From Pseudogymnoascus verrucosus (Eukaryota): DNA of 64,000 bases. How positions within the stretch are numbered: the first letter of the stretch is position 1; each line of letters begins with the position of its first letter. The position numbers and the translations under genes were made by a program. The stretch is taken from assembly GCA_001662655.1 (NCBI GenBank), contig KV460211.1; one strand, given 5' to 3'. Of the stretch, positions 39,370-54,224 are shown piece by piece. The notes below the pieces were generated by a model. That model was given only the letters and a program-made list of their open reading frames with translations. It did no database searches and was not told the origin of the DNA.

Positions 39370-40917
39370 TCGCTAATCCTTATAGGTGCGGAGCGCCCTT
39401 CGCGTTAAATAGCGCACGATCCCAATTATCACAAGAGTCCTTGGATCTGCGACTTTCATTGATGCGGGTGCACTTCCACCAGTTTTTCTTTACGGGTTTC
39501 GGCATCAGAGATTTAAGTGCGACGGAACGGATGGGGAAAAGCAATTTGTTATATCAGGGCGTGCTTCGGCGGATTGGGGAAAGCACGACTTCTCGCGTGA
39601 CAGGTTGCTTTCGATACTATGGATTCTAAGGTTTCTTTTGTCTTTCATCATGGTGCCATAGGGCATGCGACTTTCGATCGAACAGATGGATCTCAAACGC
39701 ATGGAACGCAGCCTTTATAATAGGTTCGCGTCTTGCCCTGGATCACAGCACGTCTACTCTTCGATGAGCATGCACAGCACTTCTTGTACCACTAGCCAGC
39801 AGTTCGCTTTCGGCTCTGTCGTTTTCGGCCCATTAACTCCTGAGGTTTTCGACTTCGTCGTCAATAGTCCGCCTGAGAAAAATCGAACCAACTCAGCCTC
39901 AACCTACGTGATCAACCACAGAAAACAAATGTGCGCTGAATGACGATATATTCATAACGTACCTCTTTCGTCGGAAACCGCCTGACTTATGATAATAACT
40001 TTCGCCTGCCAACCCGTTTTTAATCGCTTCCATTAGTCGCCCTCAACACCTTGTAACTTCGTACTTCTTCCGCCCGCCACGCTGCCGCGCCATAATCGTG
40101 ATATCCATGATCAGTATGGATCCGCTCCCTCGCCTTCTTCGCCCATTTATACCGCCTTGACCACCTCCACAAACCTCGCTTTTTCGTCTGACTGCTCCAT
40201 TGCCCAGAGCGTTGGCATATAAAGGTAACTGATGTATATTTGAGATCCTGGCTAATAAAAGGTGGTTATGTCCAGGAAACGTTTCGGAAGATTTGCTTTG
40301 CTGCTGCATTCCGCCAAGGACCGGCCATTCCGTTTGGACAGATATCCAATTGGATTTCGTCGGGCTTCCGTTGAGTCACATATTTGTGCGACGCTGGGGT
40401 TCGCTGGTGTGTATGTGCAACGTACATATCACCCGAGACGAATTTAATCTGGCTGTTCCTTCACGGCTTTCTCTTGGGCAAGGAAACTTGTCCATGATGA
40501 TAGTGTCCTTGGAGAAGCCACCGGGCTTAAGATTCCGCAGACAACTGCCTTTTGCTATACCTCTGAATGAAGGAATGCATTCCGTTTGTAACACGAGGCT
40601 CACATAAACGAGTCGTGTTCCGTTGCACAACTTGATGAAGATCAACTGCCGTGCTGAAGGTAATGTACTAAATTAAGCAACTTCTAATAGAAGGCTGCCA
40701 TCTCATACTTGTTTCTCTATACATATGTATTTTACATTTTTCAAAGGACTTGATCAGTGGGCCTCAAATAGATAATATAAAACATCTCAAGAAGAGCATT
40801 GACAGTAATCTCGTGACATTCTCAACTACGTGTTTACAATATCGCCCGTAGGTTCGAGACCCTGACATAAACAATACCGTCATATAGTAACAAGTCCTCC
40901 CTCCTGCCTCACCATAC

Positions 40918-41763
40918 CTAGTTGCAAGACCCAAACGCCTTCTGGCATCCCGTCCCACAATGCGAGCTATCAGAGCCACAAGCCCCAAAATTCGCACAAC
41001 AATTCCCAAACCCACTCCCCAAACACGTCGCCCCATCCCCCTCATCCCCACAAAGCCCATCCCAACTAACCACCCCCGGCGTCTGCGTCGGCGTGCCCCC
41101 CGTGACCGTCACGCGCGGAATCGTAGTCGTGCGCTGCACCGTCGTCAGAGCAGTCGAGGTGACAACCTTGGTGGTGCGCGTGGTCACGGTCACGGTGCGG
41201 ACGTCGGTGAGGGTCCTGACGAGCGTGGCGGTCTTGGTAGGCGTGGTGGGGTGCGCGACGTTGAGGCAGTCACAGAGCATTTGGATTAGGGGGATGGGGA
41301 GGTCGCCGAGGGATTGGCGGGCTTCCAGGGCGGGCTCGGGGATGGCGCGGCGGCGGCGGCCGAAGACGGTGGTGAGCTCGGTGACGGTGGCGGTTATGGT
41401 CTTGACGCTTGTGCTGGGGTGTGTTAGTGTCGGGATGGTGAGAGGGTTGGGAAGGGGCATACGCAGTCTGGGTGGCGGTGGTGTACTGGGTGATGGTCAC
41501 GTATGCTGAGGTGGTCTTGGTTGTTGTCACGGCACTGCGTGGGTGTGAGTTGTGTGTTATAGAGAGGGACTGGGAAAGTGCATAACGTACGGTGGGACGG
41601 TGTAGGAGAGGACGCTCGTGCAGAACGCGGAGAGGGAGGAGGAGTCAGGGAACCCAGCTGAGGCGATGGCCTTGAGAGAGGAGCATTGGGCTGGGTCGAC
41701 CTGGGCTACAACGCCAGAGGAGAGAGCACCGAGAGCCAGGACAAGAGCTTTGAGGCTGACCAT
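40918..41763 (-). CDS. Secreted Thr-rich protein with C-terminal hevein/CBM18 chitin-binding domain (246 aa)
   Basis: Exons 41763-41591, 41534-41463, 41413-40918. Signal peptide; SWDGLCG..TCLGSGFGNCCANFGACGSDSSHCGTGCQKAFGSC. Confidence 0.88.
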
Positions 41764-42930
41764 TTTTGAAGCAGTAGACGAGTGGAATAATGATTTTTTG
41801 CCAGGAGTTAACAAGGAAGGGATCAACAGCTGGGTTTGGGGAGATCTGAAGTACACCTTATATGGATCTCTGGATGAACGACAGGACCCACGGGATAACT
41901 CGAACCATGCTCAAGGGGAATGGAATATGAGTTCGTCTATACCCATAGTATGATTTAGACAATATTGATCATTCGCACTCTGCACGTACAGGCTGATTGA
42001 GAAATGAGAGGCTCGCCCCTGGCGATCCAATATACTCGACATGGAGAGTATCGCGTCCAGGCCTTCGTATTTTGATAGATGCGACGGGGAATATTGGCAC
42101 TATAAGAAATATATAACCTACTAATTTCTATGCGCGAGCGCTGTGACTATGGAAACTATATTCCCAATATCTCGGTCCAATGACTGAATGCGGGCATCCA
42201 ATGGCTTGGATGCCCGCATTCCGGATAATAAGAGGGAGTTGCCTGCCGGCTGTGAGGTTCATGATGAAGCAATCTGGCCAGGGACGGCCTGTGGTATTCT
42301 CATTGCTCGGCGGCTCCTGTAATACAACGGAGACACCTAGCGACGTGTCATGCGGAGTTCCTGATATTGAATTCTGCGGACAGGAGAATATGTCGCCGTG
42401 TCCATGGGCTGGCTCAGCTGGATTGTGGGGATATACCTGCCGTTCTGGGGTAAACTGGGTATAATAGAATCTGTCGCCCTATAACACTCGTAAAGTGAAA
42501 AGCAATAAATGGGGTCGGACGCGGCACGGTCTTTCAGGCGACCTCCGAGATTACATATGATTCCATATTGGATTCCGGAGGCGGATCCGTGACCAGAAAT
42601 GGCAGAATTGAGGCTTCACGAATTGAAGCTTCACAAGTTGTAAGTTAGACGAGAGTTATGAGGGGCTTGTCTCGGAGTTTGGCTGTTCCTTTTAAGGTTC
42701 ACGTCTAGTCCCGCTCCCCATGTGGACACCAACGCACTTCGGGCGCTAGCGGGGCATTCACCCGAGTTCGTGCCGCTCTTGACACAACGACAACCATCAA
42801 CACAGCCAGGCCCTGAAGCATTGTCATGCGCCGCTCTTTCAGGATCAGCTGGGAAAACCGAATTCCAACGTAATTATCCCCCGATATAAAGCCGTCACAG
42901 TATACGTACTGGGATGTACCTAGCGCCCGA

Positions 42931-44848
42931 ATGGCTGCTGTTCGGCGAGGCCAAGAGCCAATGAGGCTAGATGTATCAGACGCACAATTCTCCGACCTAC
43001 CATTCATCTCTGCCCTATTTCTCATCCGCTTCGACGCCAAAACTGGCTATGCGATAAGCTGGAAGAGCGCCCTCCCTGGGATTGACCTCGATGGTGGCGT
43101 CGAATACAAAAGCCTGCCATCCGGTTTACATACAGTGAAGGAGGACCTGATTTATTTCGTGCATGGGAAGCATGCTGGACTGAGCGCATTTATTAGCACA
43201 GAGGCATCCGAGGAGTCGCGAAATGCGCGTATGATAGCTGTAGGCGTGCTAGTTCCTTTGAGTTACGGCAGACTTGGGAGGAGTTGGATGCATGCGGAGA
43301 ATCTGAAGCAGTTAGCTGAGTATGTTGCCCGTTCAGTCGCGTACCATTGCCTAGTATTAACTAGATTATAGAAAACTTGCCGTTGAAACTCCCGACTTGA
43401 CTCTTCTGGAAGAATACTGGGACACGCATAAGTTGCAAGACGGCAAGGGCTCCGCGCAATTCGACTCAATCCTCGACTCGCCTTCAAGCTTGGTATTCAA
43501 GCCTCTGCCAGGTCGACTTATACAGCACGAGGGGCACTCGAGGACACGCTCGGCATCGGATGGGGCGGCATTGATACCTCCGGGACAGAGCTTATCACTT
43601 TACCATCCTGCTTGGAGTCTGACCACGCTGTTGGATACGTTCGGGCCGCTTGTATTTCCTATTTATCGGTCTGCGCTGCTGCGGAAGCGCATCCTAATTT
43701 CCTGCCATGCGCCAGTTCAGGAAACCTGTGACTTCGGTATTAGCTTGAGGTCCCTCTGGTGAGAAGTGTTTAGCTAACGAGAGATAGTTTATGACTTATC
43801 TGTCCTTTCCAATATCCCCCTTGCGGTCTCAAACCTCATCAGCACTAGATCGCCGTCCCAGCGTTTACGTCCTTTGTTTTCTATCGGTGTGCATGATATA
43901 CCCCTCTTAGAGGAGGATCTTCTAGCGTCGACACAACCTGAGGCTGTTGCCGGCGATGATTCTGACGAAGAGGAAGATCTGGGGCAGGGCTGGATTGCCT
44001 GCACGACAGATGGAATTTTGTCCACAAAGGCAAAACTTTATGATGTGCTTGTCACCATGCCTCTTGCGCATTCTCAAGATGCTGCGAAGAAAGTCTGGCC
44101 TGACGTCAAATTCCCCAGTGGAAATGGTGTTAAAGCCACTCAGCGAGACCTCCGCCGCTATAGAAGTCTGATGTGGGGTCTCTCCCGGGCCAAGGTCGAA
44201 CCGCAGAATCCTTCCCCGGAAAGAAATGACAGCGGAGGGAGACTTCGTCGGTCAGATACGAGCACAACTCTGGTGGAGTCCCTAGTGCCAGAATCTCCCC
44301 TGTCGAGTCTTCCGGATACAGATGCCATAGTTGAACCTGTATCGTGGACGGCACTGGCCTATACGGGCTTTATATGGTGGGCTTCAGCTGGCGAGCGAAG
44401 CATCGCTCTCGACGATGAAACGGACCTTGATAACTCACTCCTTGATGGGCTATCACTTGAACCTCAAGCACCTCGGACGTCTAAGGGACGTACATTTTCA
44501 GGCGCCAGCACATTTTCTCAAAGCGCTGATTCAAGTGCGAAGAAAGAACTTGCCATTATCGCGTACTTCCACCGGTTGACAACGCTTATACTCAATACAC
44601 TGTCAGACATTGTTGATGCTGCTGATTCGGATGATGACGATATTGCTCCTCTGCGGCTTGGCGCTAGTAGAGATGAATCCGAGGCACCTCCCATAATTAT
44701 CAGCAGAGCTGACATGAAACGGATGGGCCTCGACGAGTGGAGTGCTGATGATCGCAGCTTCGCAGAAGACATGATGAAAGCATACTTTGACCGTAGCGCG
44801 AAGGTTGAGAGCCACAGCGTTGATATTTGTGGTGTCAAGATTTGTTAA
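42931..44848 (+). CDS. DENN-like protein (DUF2347/DUF4484; LCHN/Anr2-like)
   Basis: Exons 42931-43319, 43372-43736, 43788-44848. FLIRFDAKTGY, VEYKSLPSGLH..DLIYF, FGPLVFPIYRSALLRKRILI, IIAYFHRLT. Confidence 0.85.
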
Positions 44849-45293
44849 CCAGTGGTACAATTCATTGAGGAGAGATTATATTCTGTTGTATAACACCCAT
44901 GATATTATACAATTCAGGGCTTCGTAGAGTAGGAGTTCTGGCGTGGAAGGGTCATGAAATATTCTGGGTTGGAAGAGATAGGAAGAAAAGATGACTAGGA
45001 ATAGCTTTTACGGGCTTAAAAATTAGCTACGGGTTTATATATAAACAGAACAAATCTACAATTTTTTTTAGAGCTGGTAGCTGTTATTGACTGATATGAA
45101 AAGTGATTCCATTTGTGACATGTGGTAAATCTAGCCCGAAAAAAAGTGAAGCCTGAGGCCACCGTATTTTGCCTGGTCAAAGCTGTTGATATCGGTCCAG
45201 ATGTGCTCGCCATCCCGACAAGAACAGCTTTGCCACTAGCAACCACTTCAACACAAATATCTCAACCTCAAATACCCACAACCGGTCTTCAAT

Positions 45294-46202
<909 letters not shown>

Positions 46203-46813
46203 ACGACACGAGCATGCCGGCGAAGCGGAGGGGAGTTGGGAGGTTATGAGAGCAGCAGGGAGGATCCAGTTCGGTCGAGTATATCATAAGAAGAGGAGTT
46301 TTGCAATGGATTTTACCGGTCTACTCTTTTTCGGCGATAAATCCGAATGCGTTTTTTATGTGCCTACGTTTTTAAGAATCACAATGAAGCTTCAATCCTA
46401 ATCTAAGCCGCTCACATGGCGTTGATCCAACCGTGAAGTGAAGGAGCGAAAGATCGCTACATGGACTACAGTATGAATTATTTGCGTATCATACCCACAT
46501 TTTGCGAACGTTTGTTCAGTGTGATATTCGATATTTTTTGGTTCTTCCCAGTTCATTTTGAGCGCGGATCACGAAAGGAGACGTGCCCAGTTTTGATATC
46601 GGCCAGATCAGCTGGTGACCTCATTGCTACGGTACAACCCGCGGCCACAATCGGTGCAACTGACACGCTCAAAGCCCAACAAAGAATAAATCCACGTAGC
46701 CCACCATGTCACGAGCATTTTGATCTGAGACCTTAACGCGATGAATCTCTATACATAGACCTGCACTGTATCTGCACTCAACTGCAGAGAACAACAATAA
46801 GCTTCGATTCGGA

Positions 46814-49130
46814 ATGGCTGACCGCCGCAAAGCTACAGATGGCCCCCCACCAGATTCGAGGGCGGGCTACGACGTCTCCCTCCTGCCCGACTCGCAAGTC
46901 CAGTTTGTCTCCGAAGACGATCTAGCAGCATTTGCGAAGGCTCTTGCTGCGCCAGACCTCGAACCTATTGGCGACGATGCGAGCGCAATCATAAGCAACG
47001 GCGTCGACACACCGAGGTTGGACCGCATGAACTCGAACCCAGGCAGCATTGACAGGACACAGTCGCGAAAGGACAGCCAGACGAGTCTGTTTATAACGAG
47101 CAAGAATGATTGGGCCCCGGTACATGAGAGGGTTAGGAGGAAGGGAAAAAAAGCGAGGAGGCGGAAGGGCTTGATGAGGACAACGGATGAGACGAGGGAG
47201 GGATACCTATATTCGCTACTGAAGTGGCCTATGCTCTTCATTGTCGTGTTATGGATACTGGGATTAGGGGCATCATATCTTCTGACACGGCTGTATATTT
47301 GGTTGTACGAGCGATTCGTCGCCCTGAGGGGCACGCGCAACATGCTGCGGAAGAAGATGCGAGCTACGACCAGCTATGCGGATTGGGTGAAGCTGGCGCA
47401 GGAAATGGATACGTTTTTGGGTAACGACAAATGGAAGGAGGATGATGAGTTTGCATATTACGACCACAAAACTATTAGAAGGGTGCTTGATAGCCTGCGA
47501 AGGCAAAGGAGGAGGGCAGAAGCTGAGGAGGGGCTCGAAGGCGGGAGCAGCAAGTATGCCACGAGGCCGATTGAAGAGTTAAAGACGTTGGTGCAAGCTT
47601 GTGTGAAGAACAATTTCGTGGGAGTGGAGAGCAACAGACTGTATAGTCAGACATACTTTGGAACGAAGAACCTGGTCCAGGAATTCGTCGATGAAGGTAT
47701 GCGCCCCAAAACCTAGTGTTTTTAAGGTCGTAATCTAACTTATCTTCGCAGTTGAAAAGGGCGTGCAAACCCTTTCTCGGACGAAGCAATTAACACAAGA
47801 AGAGAAGCGGGTTATATTCAAGCACATGTATACCAATGTAGGCCGGACAGCTCTGTGCCTTTCGGGTGGTGCTTCCTTCGCCTACTACCACTTTGGCGTT
47901 GTCAAAGCCCTCCTCGACGCCGACCTTCTCCCAGATGTCATCACTGGCACCTCTGGTGGCGCCTTGGTAGCAGCACTCACAGCAACCCGCACGAACGAGG
48001 AACTGAAAGCCCTCCTCGTGCCTGCCCTAGCCGCCAAGATTGACGCCTGCTCCGAGCCCTTCACAACCTGGTTCCCGCGGTGGTGGAAGACTGGCTCACG
48101 CTTCGATTCGATAGACTGGGCAAGGCGATGCAGTTGGTTCTCTCACGGCTCGCTCACCTTCCGCGAAGCATACGAACGAACCGGTAGGATTCTGAATGTC
48201 TCCTGCATCCCAGCAGACCCGCACTCCCCGACTCTCCTACTGAACTACCTCACCTCGCCCGACTGCGTGATCTGGTCCGCAGTCCTCGCCTCCGCTGCCG
48301 TCCCTGGAATCCTCAACCCAGTCGTTCTAATGACCAAGCTACCAAACGGCACATTGGCACCCTATTCATTTGGCCACAAATGGAAAGACGGGTCTCTGCG
48401 CACCGACGTGCCACTACGCGCCCTAAACCTCCATTTCAACGTCAACTTCTCCGTCGTTAGCCAAGTGAACCCGCACATCAACCTCTTCTTCTTCTCCTCG
48501 CGCGGCACCATCGGCGAGCCCGTCACACATCGCCGCGGTCGCGGCTGGCGCGGCGGCTTCCTAGGCTCAGCTACTGAGCAGTACTTAAAGCTCGATCTGA
48601 CCAAGTGGCTCAAGGTCGTGAGGCACCTCGAGCTCCTTCCCCGACCCATGGGCCAGGATTGGAGCCAGGTCTGGCTGCAGCAGTTCTCAGGCACTATCAC
48701 GGTGTGGCCGCGCGGCCGCATCACGGATTTCCTCCGCATACTCAGCGATCCGGACCCAACGCGCTTGGCATACATGCTGCAGACGGGGCAGCAGAGTACA
48801 TTTCCCAAGCTGCAGTATTTGGGAAATCGAATGAAGGTTGAGAGGGCGGTAGAGAGGGGGCGAGCGGCAACGAGACAGCATGTGAGGAGGGGGAGTATTG
48901 AGAGCATTATTAGTGAAGATGAGATGAGGAAGCTGTGGAAGGGTGATGGGGAGGATGGTAGTGGTGGGATTGGAACAACGGACGAGGATACGGATTGGAA
49001 TGCGGATGATGGGGCGTTATATGAGGAAGGGGGCGATGAGTTGGAGCAGGCCGTGGATGAGTATGAGAGAGAACGTGAGATAGAAGGGCTAACGATGGCG
49101 GGAAAGCGGGCGAGAGAGAAGACCATTTAG
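46814..49130 (+). CDS. Patatin-like phospholipase / TAG lipase (Tgl3/4/5 family)
   Basis: Exons 46814-47696 and 47752-49130. ALCLSGG, GTSGG nucleophile motif, SAAVPG and WKDGSL. Confidence 0.93.
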
Positions 49131-49603
49131 ATGTGGCCAAATTATTTTGGGAGATTTAGCAGGCGTCACATTTAAATGGTAGATGATAGTTACGATATAC
49201 GGCAACGAATACATTGAATACATTTGTGTATATAGACTTGGAGCACATTTCTCCTATAATATCTAATATTTGGCACCACACACGAACGAGCTGTTGACTC
49301 ACTAGCATTTATTCAGTTGACAGCGTATCTTCACGGATTTGCTACAGCATCTCGTAGATTCTACTGTTCTACTGTACATTGCACGAACAGTCACGAGGAA
49401 CCTGTTTTTATGATTGATGGTTTATAAACCTCTTATTGTTTAATAAATTATTTACATTTTCGCTCACCTCCCCTATTTAACTTCTATGAAACAAAACCGC
49501 GTGGGCGGTTGCTTCTTTTAAATCTCAAAACACACGAGACTCTGTTTGCTAATAATCATAAATGTCGTTAATCCGCCTGATCCTATCCAGACTCTCTTGA
49601 CTT

Positions 49604-52399
49604 CTAGTCGTAAAGATCCATATCCTCCCCTGTAATCGCATCTAATGCGTCACCATCATCCAAATCCATATCCTCCTCCTCGCTCTCTTGTTCGCTGCTA
49701 TCGCCATGGTTAGGGAGAACATCCAGGCGCCCGTCTTCAAGGACAACCCTCGCTGTCTCTCCATCCTTAATGCTGCCTCTCAGAATCAAGACTGCCATTC
49801 TATTGAGAACCTCCTTCTCAATGAGTCTCGCCAACGGTCTCGCACCATATGCAGGGCTGTATCCCGCACTGCCGAGGTAATCCTTGGCTGGACCAGAAAT
49901 CTCAATGGTAACATTGCGACCATTGGACTCGAGACGTTTCTGAATCTCTTCAAGTCGTACATCTACAATCTTGCGGATCTCATGTCTTGTCAGCCTATTG
50001 AAGATGACAATAGAGCTGATACGGTTGAGGAACTCCGGCAAGAAGTAGTTGCGCAGAGCTTGCATGACCATCTCCTTTGTTGTTGGGTCGATCTTGCCGT
50101 TCGGCGCATTCTGGCGAGCCAGGAATTCGGCACCGAGATTGGATGTCATGACGACGATGCAGTTGCGTGCGTCGACGACACGGCCTTGGCCATCGGTGAT
50201 GCGGCCATCGTCCATGAGTTGCAAGAGAACTGTAAGGACTTCTTTGGCTGCCTTCTCGACCTCATCGAACAGAAGAATGGAGAAAGGCTTGCGGCGCAGG
50301 GCTTCGGTCAGCTGTCCGCCAGCATCGTGGCCTACGTAACCTGGCGGGGCACCGATCATGCGTGACAATGAGTGACGTTCCTGGTATTCGGACATGTCGA
50401 ATCGAATCATGGCCTTGGGGTCGTCGAATAGGAAGTCGGCCAGAGCTTTGGTGAGTAAGGTTTTACCCGTACCAGACGGACCGCAGAACAAGAAGCTGGG
50501 AGGTTGGTTCGGGTTGCTGAGGCCTGATCGTTGGAGGCGAATAGCGTTGGAGACAGAACCAACAGCTTCCTTTTGGCCAACAACAATCTTGCTGAGTACC
50601 TTCTCCATGTGAAGAAGCTTGTCTTTCTCGGTCGTCCTCAATCTCGTGACTGGAATGCCGGTCCATCTGGCCACAATCTCGTTGATTTGATCTGGGCCAA
50701 CGACGTCACTGGTCATGGATCCGCCGGTATCCGCAGAGGTCTCGTTCAACCTAGCATCAGCCAATCTCTTTTCTTCCTCAAGACTCTTGATCAAGTCTTC
50801 TTGCTCTGGAATTGCGTTGTACTTGAGATCAGCTGCGCGTCCGACATCTCCAATGCGAGATGCCTCTTCCTGCTTGAACTTCAATTGGTCAAGCTTCATC
50901 TTGGCCTCTTGAATGCTCTTGCCTCTCTTCCTCTCATTCTCATACTTGTCGCGGAGTGGTCGGAGCTCTTCTTCGACGTTGCTTGCGTCTTGCTTTGCTT
51001 GAGCAAGGCGAACTTTAGATGCCTCATCTTTCTCGCGTGATAGTGCGTGGATTTCGATCTTCAATTGCCTCAGCTTTCTCTCCAAAGAATCAATAATTTC
51101 TGGTTGAGATTCTCTGGCAACTCTGACTGCAGCAGCAGCCTCATCAATGAGGTCAACTGCAGAATCTGGCAGCCTTCTGGCTGTAAGATATCGAGCTGCA
51201 AGAGTTGCGGAAGAGACAATAGCAGCATCGGCAATGGTGACTCCGTGATGAACTTCGTAGCGCTCCTTGAGACCTCTGAGAATAGAGATAGTCTCAGGGA
51301 TCGTCGGCTCCTTGACGATAACTTGTTGGAAACGGCGTTCGAAGGCGGCATCCTTTTCGATGTACTTTCGGTATTCGCTCAAAGTCGTGGCTCCAATACA
51401 ATGAAGCTGTCCACGAGCAAGCATAGGCTTGAGTAAATTGGCAGCATCCATGCCACCCTCGCCGCTCGCACCGGCTCCCATGAGAAGATGCATCTCGTCG
51501 ACGAATAGGACGATCATCTCCTTGGAGTCTTCGATCTCCTTCAGGACACCCTTCATTCTCTCCTCAAACTCTCCACGGTATTTGGCTCCGGCGACCAGGC
51601 CGCCGACATCGAGAGATAGAAGCTTGCAGGCTGCAAGGTTGTCTGGCACATCGAGATTGACGATTCGCTGTGCCAAACCCTCGACGACAGTGGTCTTTCC
51701 AACACCAGGCTCACCGATCAACACCGGGTTGTTCTTCGTTCTCCTTGAAAGAATACGAATAACGCGTCTGATTTCTTCTTCTCGTCCAATAACAGGGTCA
51801 ATTTTACCCTCTCTTGCCATAGCTGTCATATCGATCGTAAACTTCTTCAAGTTCTCGCTCTCCTCCTCTGCATCCGCAGTCTTCGAGTCGACTCGCTTCG
51901 TGCCTCTGATCTGTTGCACCGCATCTTGCACCAGCTTCGAATTAGGTATGTTCGAATCGCTCAGTGCCTTTTGAATGGTTGTATCTTGTGCCAGTGCCGA
52001 GATCATATGATCGACGGCGATAAAGCTATCCTTCTGAGTCTTCTGCAGCTCGTTCGCCGACCTAAGAATCTTGCTGAAGGCGGGCGACATGGCGATCTGG
52101 TCCGGCGGAGGGTCTTGGCTAGGTAATCTAACCAAGGCCTTCTTGAGGGCTCTGTCGAAGAGCTGAGGATCGCCATGGGCACGTTCGACGACCTGGCGGA
52201 AGAATGATGACTGTGCCGGGCCGTGTGAGGCGTTAAATGATTGCTGCTGGTCTTTGCTCTCATCTGGTAGCGGGTCGAGGAGCGAGACAGCAAGGTGGAT
52301 GGGCAATAGCTGTGAGTGTGCATGTTGCTCTGCCAGGATCATGGAGTCTTCAAGGGCCTTCTTCGCCCTGTCCGTGAACTGCATGTTTGAGGTAGCCAT
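49604..52399 (-). CDS. HSP104: AAA+ disaggregase Hsp104 (ClpB family), 931 aa
   Basis: Intronless. Clp N-domain, Walker A motifs GEPGVGKT and GPSGTGKT, GAPPGYVG, acidic C-tail, no mitochondrial presequence. Confidence 0.97.
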   Translation of the reverse strand: MATSNMQFTDRAKKALEDSMILAEQHAHSQLLPIHLAVSLLDPLPDESKDQQQSFNASHGPAQSSFFRQVVERAHGDPQLFDRALKKALVRLPSQDPPPDQIAMSPAFSKILRSANELQKTQKDSFIAVDHMISALAQDTTIQKALSDSNIPNSKLVQDAVQQIRGTKRVDSKTADAEEESENLKKFTIDMTAMAREGKIDPVIGREEEIRRVIRILSRRTKNNPVLIGEPGVGKTTVVEGLAQRIVNLDVPDNLAACKLLSLDVGGLVAGAKYRGEFEERMKGVLKEIEDSKEMIVLFVDEMHLLMGAGASGEGGMDAANLLKPMLARGQLHCIGATTLSEYRKYIEKDAAFERRFQQVIVKEPTIPETISILRGLKERYEVHHGVTIADAAIVSSATLAARYLTARRLPDSAVDLIDEAAAAVRVARESQPEIIDSLERKLRQLKIEIHALSREKDEASKVRLAQAKQDASNVEEELRPLRDKYENERKRGKSIQEAKMKLDQLKFKQEEASRIGDVGRAADLKYNAIPEQEDLIKSLEEEKRLADARLNETSADTGGSMTSDVVGPDQINEIVARWTGIPVTRLRTTEKDKLLHMEKVLSKIVVGQKEAVGSVSNAIRLQRSGLSNPNQPPSFLFCGPSGTGKTLLTKALADFLFDDPKAMIRFDMSEYQERHSLSRMIGAPPGYVGHDAGGQLTEALRRKPFSILLFDEVEKAAKEVLTVLLQLMDDGRITDGQGRVVDARNCIVVMTSNLGAEFLARQNAPNGKIDPTTKEMVMQALRNYFLPEFLNRISSIVIFNRLTRHEIRKIVDVRLEEIQKRLESNGRNVTIEISGPAKDYLGSAGYSPAYGARPLARLIEKEVLNRMAVLILRGSIKDGETARVVLEDGRLDVLPNHGDSSEQESEEEDMDLDDGDALDAITGEDMDLYD

Positions 52400-52750
52400 G
52401 ATGACCCTCTATGCGTGTGATTTCGGTTTGAAAATATGCAGGTTTGTTGTTTGTGCTGTCGTTAATTTATAAGTGACGTCGACCTCAAGATGACTTGTCG
52501 AGATCGGTTTATATTTGCTTGAGTAGGTTGCTTGGCCAGGCACAAGGCTGAATGTTGCTTGCGTAGAAAGTGATGATAATTTGGTATATGGATTGCAGAA
52601 TGTGTAGCAAGGTGGTTCTCTTATAGCATGAAATCCCTGAGACCCTGTATTTGTATAAGGGTAAATATATGATATCACAAGATGGTAATGCTTCCAAGGT
52701 TACTTGGTACTTCGGTGCTGGAACCCTCCAGCGATGACCAGCAACCCCGC

Positions 52751-52768
52751 CAACCTTCCCGATGGTTC
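52751..52768. promoter_or_regulatory. Degenerate heat-shock element upstream of HSP104
   Basis: CAAccTTCccGATggTTC gives alternating nGAAn units with two mismatches, about 350 bp upstream of the ATG. Confidence 0.45.
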
Positions 52769-52941
52769 CATCCCGATGAGGTTTAGCGCCAACACTAGCA
52801 CAAGGCTGCGGTAGTTGCCTTTTCAGCCTGGTCTATTTAGTGAAGTCACGTGTTACGGGTGTAATTTCTTAGCGTGGATCTCGTAGACTTCGATATGGAG
52901 AGGAGACAATTTAGTAGGACAATTGCGCCCCAACCGGAATC

Positions 52942-53689
52942 ATGAGCACAAGCACGGCGTCACAGATAGCTCGAAGCGGGGCGAGGTTTGCCGATAAAGT
53001 CCGCAATGCCTCTGTTTCTGTCAAGCCGGAGGTGGAACATGGCAGGCAAATATTCGTCTACAGCCATCTCCAGACGAAGCAGGTGGTCTACTCCCTGAAG
53101 CAGAACGTAAAGGTATTGCTCGCTCTCTCTCCTGATCATCTGGGTCGTGCTTTGATACGCGGTATCTACCATTGAACGTGGCGCTAACAGAAAGCAGAAC
53201 AACAAAGCTCTACGTCAACTCCCCTACAACGGCAAGAAAACCGTCCCAGCCGCCCTCCGAAAAGATCTCTGGTCCCCTCTCGCGCGCATTGAGTTCCCAG
53301 CCGGCCACTCCGCCGCAGGCCTCAACGCCTTCCGCATGCTCCGCGAATACCGCACACTACACGAGACACAATGGCCCAAAGAGCTCGGGCTGGACGAGAA
53401 GGGAAGGACGCTGAGTAGGAAGCTGAGAGGCCGCAAGCTCTGCGATCAACGTGCGAACAGCATCGCTGATATTGCGGCGACGTTGGAGAAGGTTTCTAAG
53501 GTTGAGAAGGATGCGGGGGATAAGAAGGCGGAGAAGGTGGTGGAGCAGATTTCGACGACCGTGAGGTGGTCGGATATTTTGGATGCGGAGTATGCGGCTA
53601 GTTGGCCTGAGTCGGTGGTGCATGATAACTGGGAGACGACGAGGAATAACAGGAGGGCAATTGAGGAGTTACCGCAGGAGGAATACTAG
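52942..53689 (+). CDS. MHR1: Mitochondrial Mhr1 / ribosomal protein mL67
   Basis: Exons 52942-53112 and 53198-53689. HGRQIFVYSHLQTKQVVYSL, GKKTVPAALRKDLWSPL, LCDQRANSIADIA, YAASWPESVVH. Confidence 0.93.
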
Positions 53690-54224
53690 ATAGAGCAGGA
53701 TACTGGGAGCCGGGCCACTGTACGAGGTGTATATGTATTGTAGATACTATTGGGCGCAAGGGATATTGTATGACCAGAAGTTAGATTTAAACTCAAAAGG
53801 AGCACATTGCCTATGAGCGCTGCATTGTCAAGTTTGGGAATTAGCTGGTGATGCTAGTATTACGCGTTTAATTATTGCCCCCTATTATTTTCCAAAAGTG
53901 ATGTGGATGGAACAGCAGAGAGAATTAATTCCATAAAGATCTAATAATAGTCTCCCCTTCCTAATTCTTGACCAGAACTATAGAGATAACTACATCGACT
54001 GGGAATAAATCCAGTCTGATAACACTAACCAATATCCATCTCGAGGCATTCTCAGCGTCTCGATATTGTTAAATAACAACCGCACCCAATTCTATAGTGT
54101 GTCCAACCCAACCCAATTCAAAAATGCGCCAAATGCACACCTTAAGTACATATACTCGGACATCCCTTTTGTACAATTCGATACCAAACCATCAATCCTT
54201 TGGGCACCCGTCATAACGCCACCA

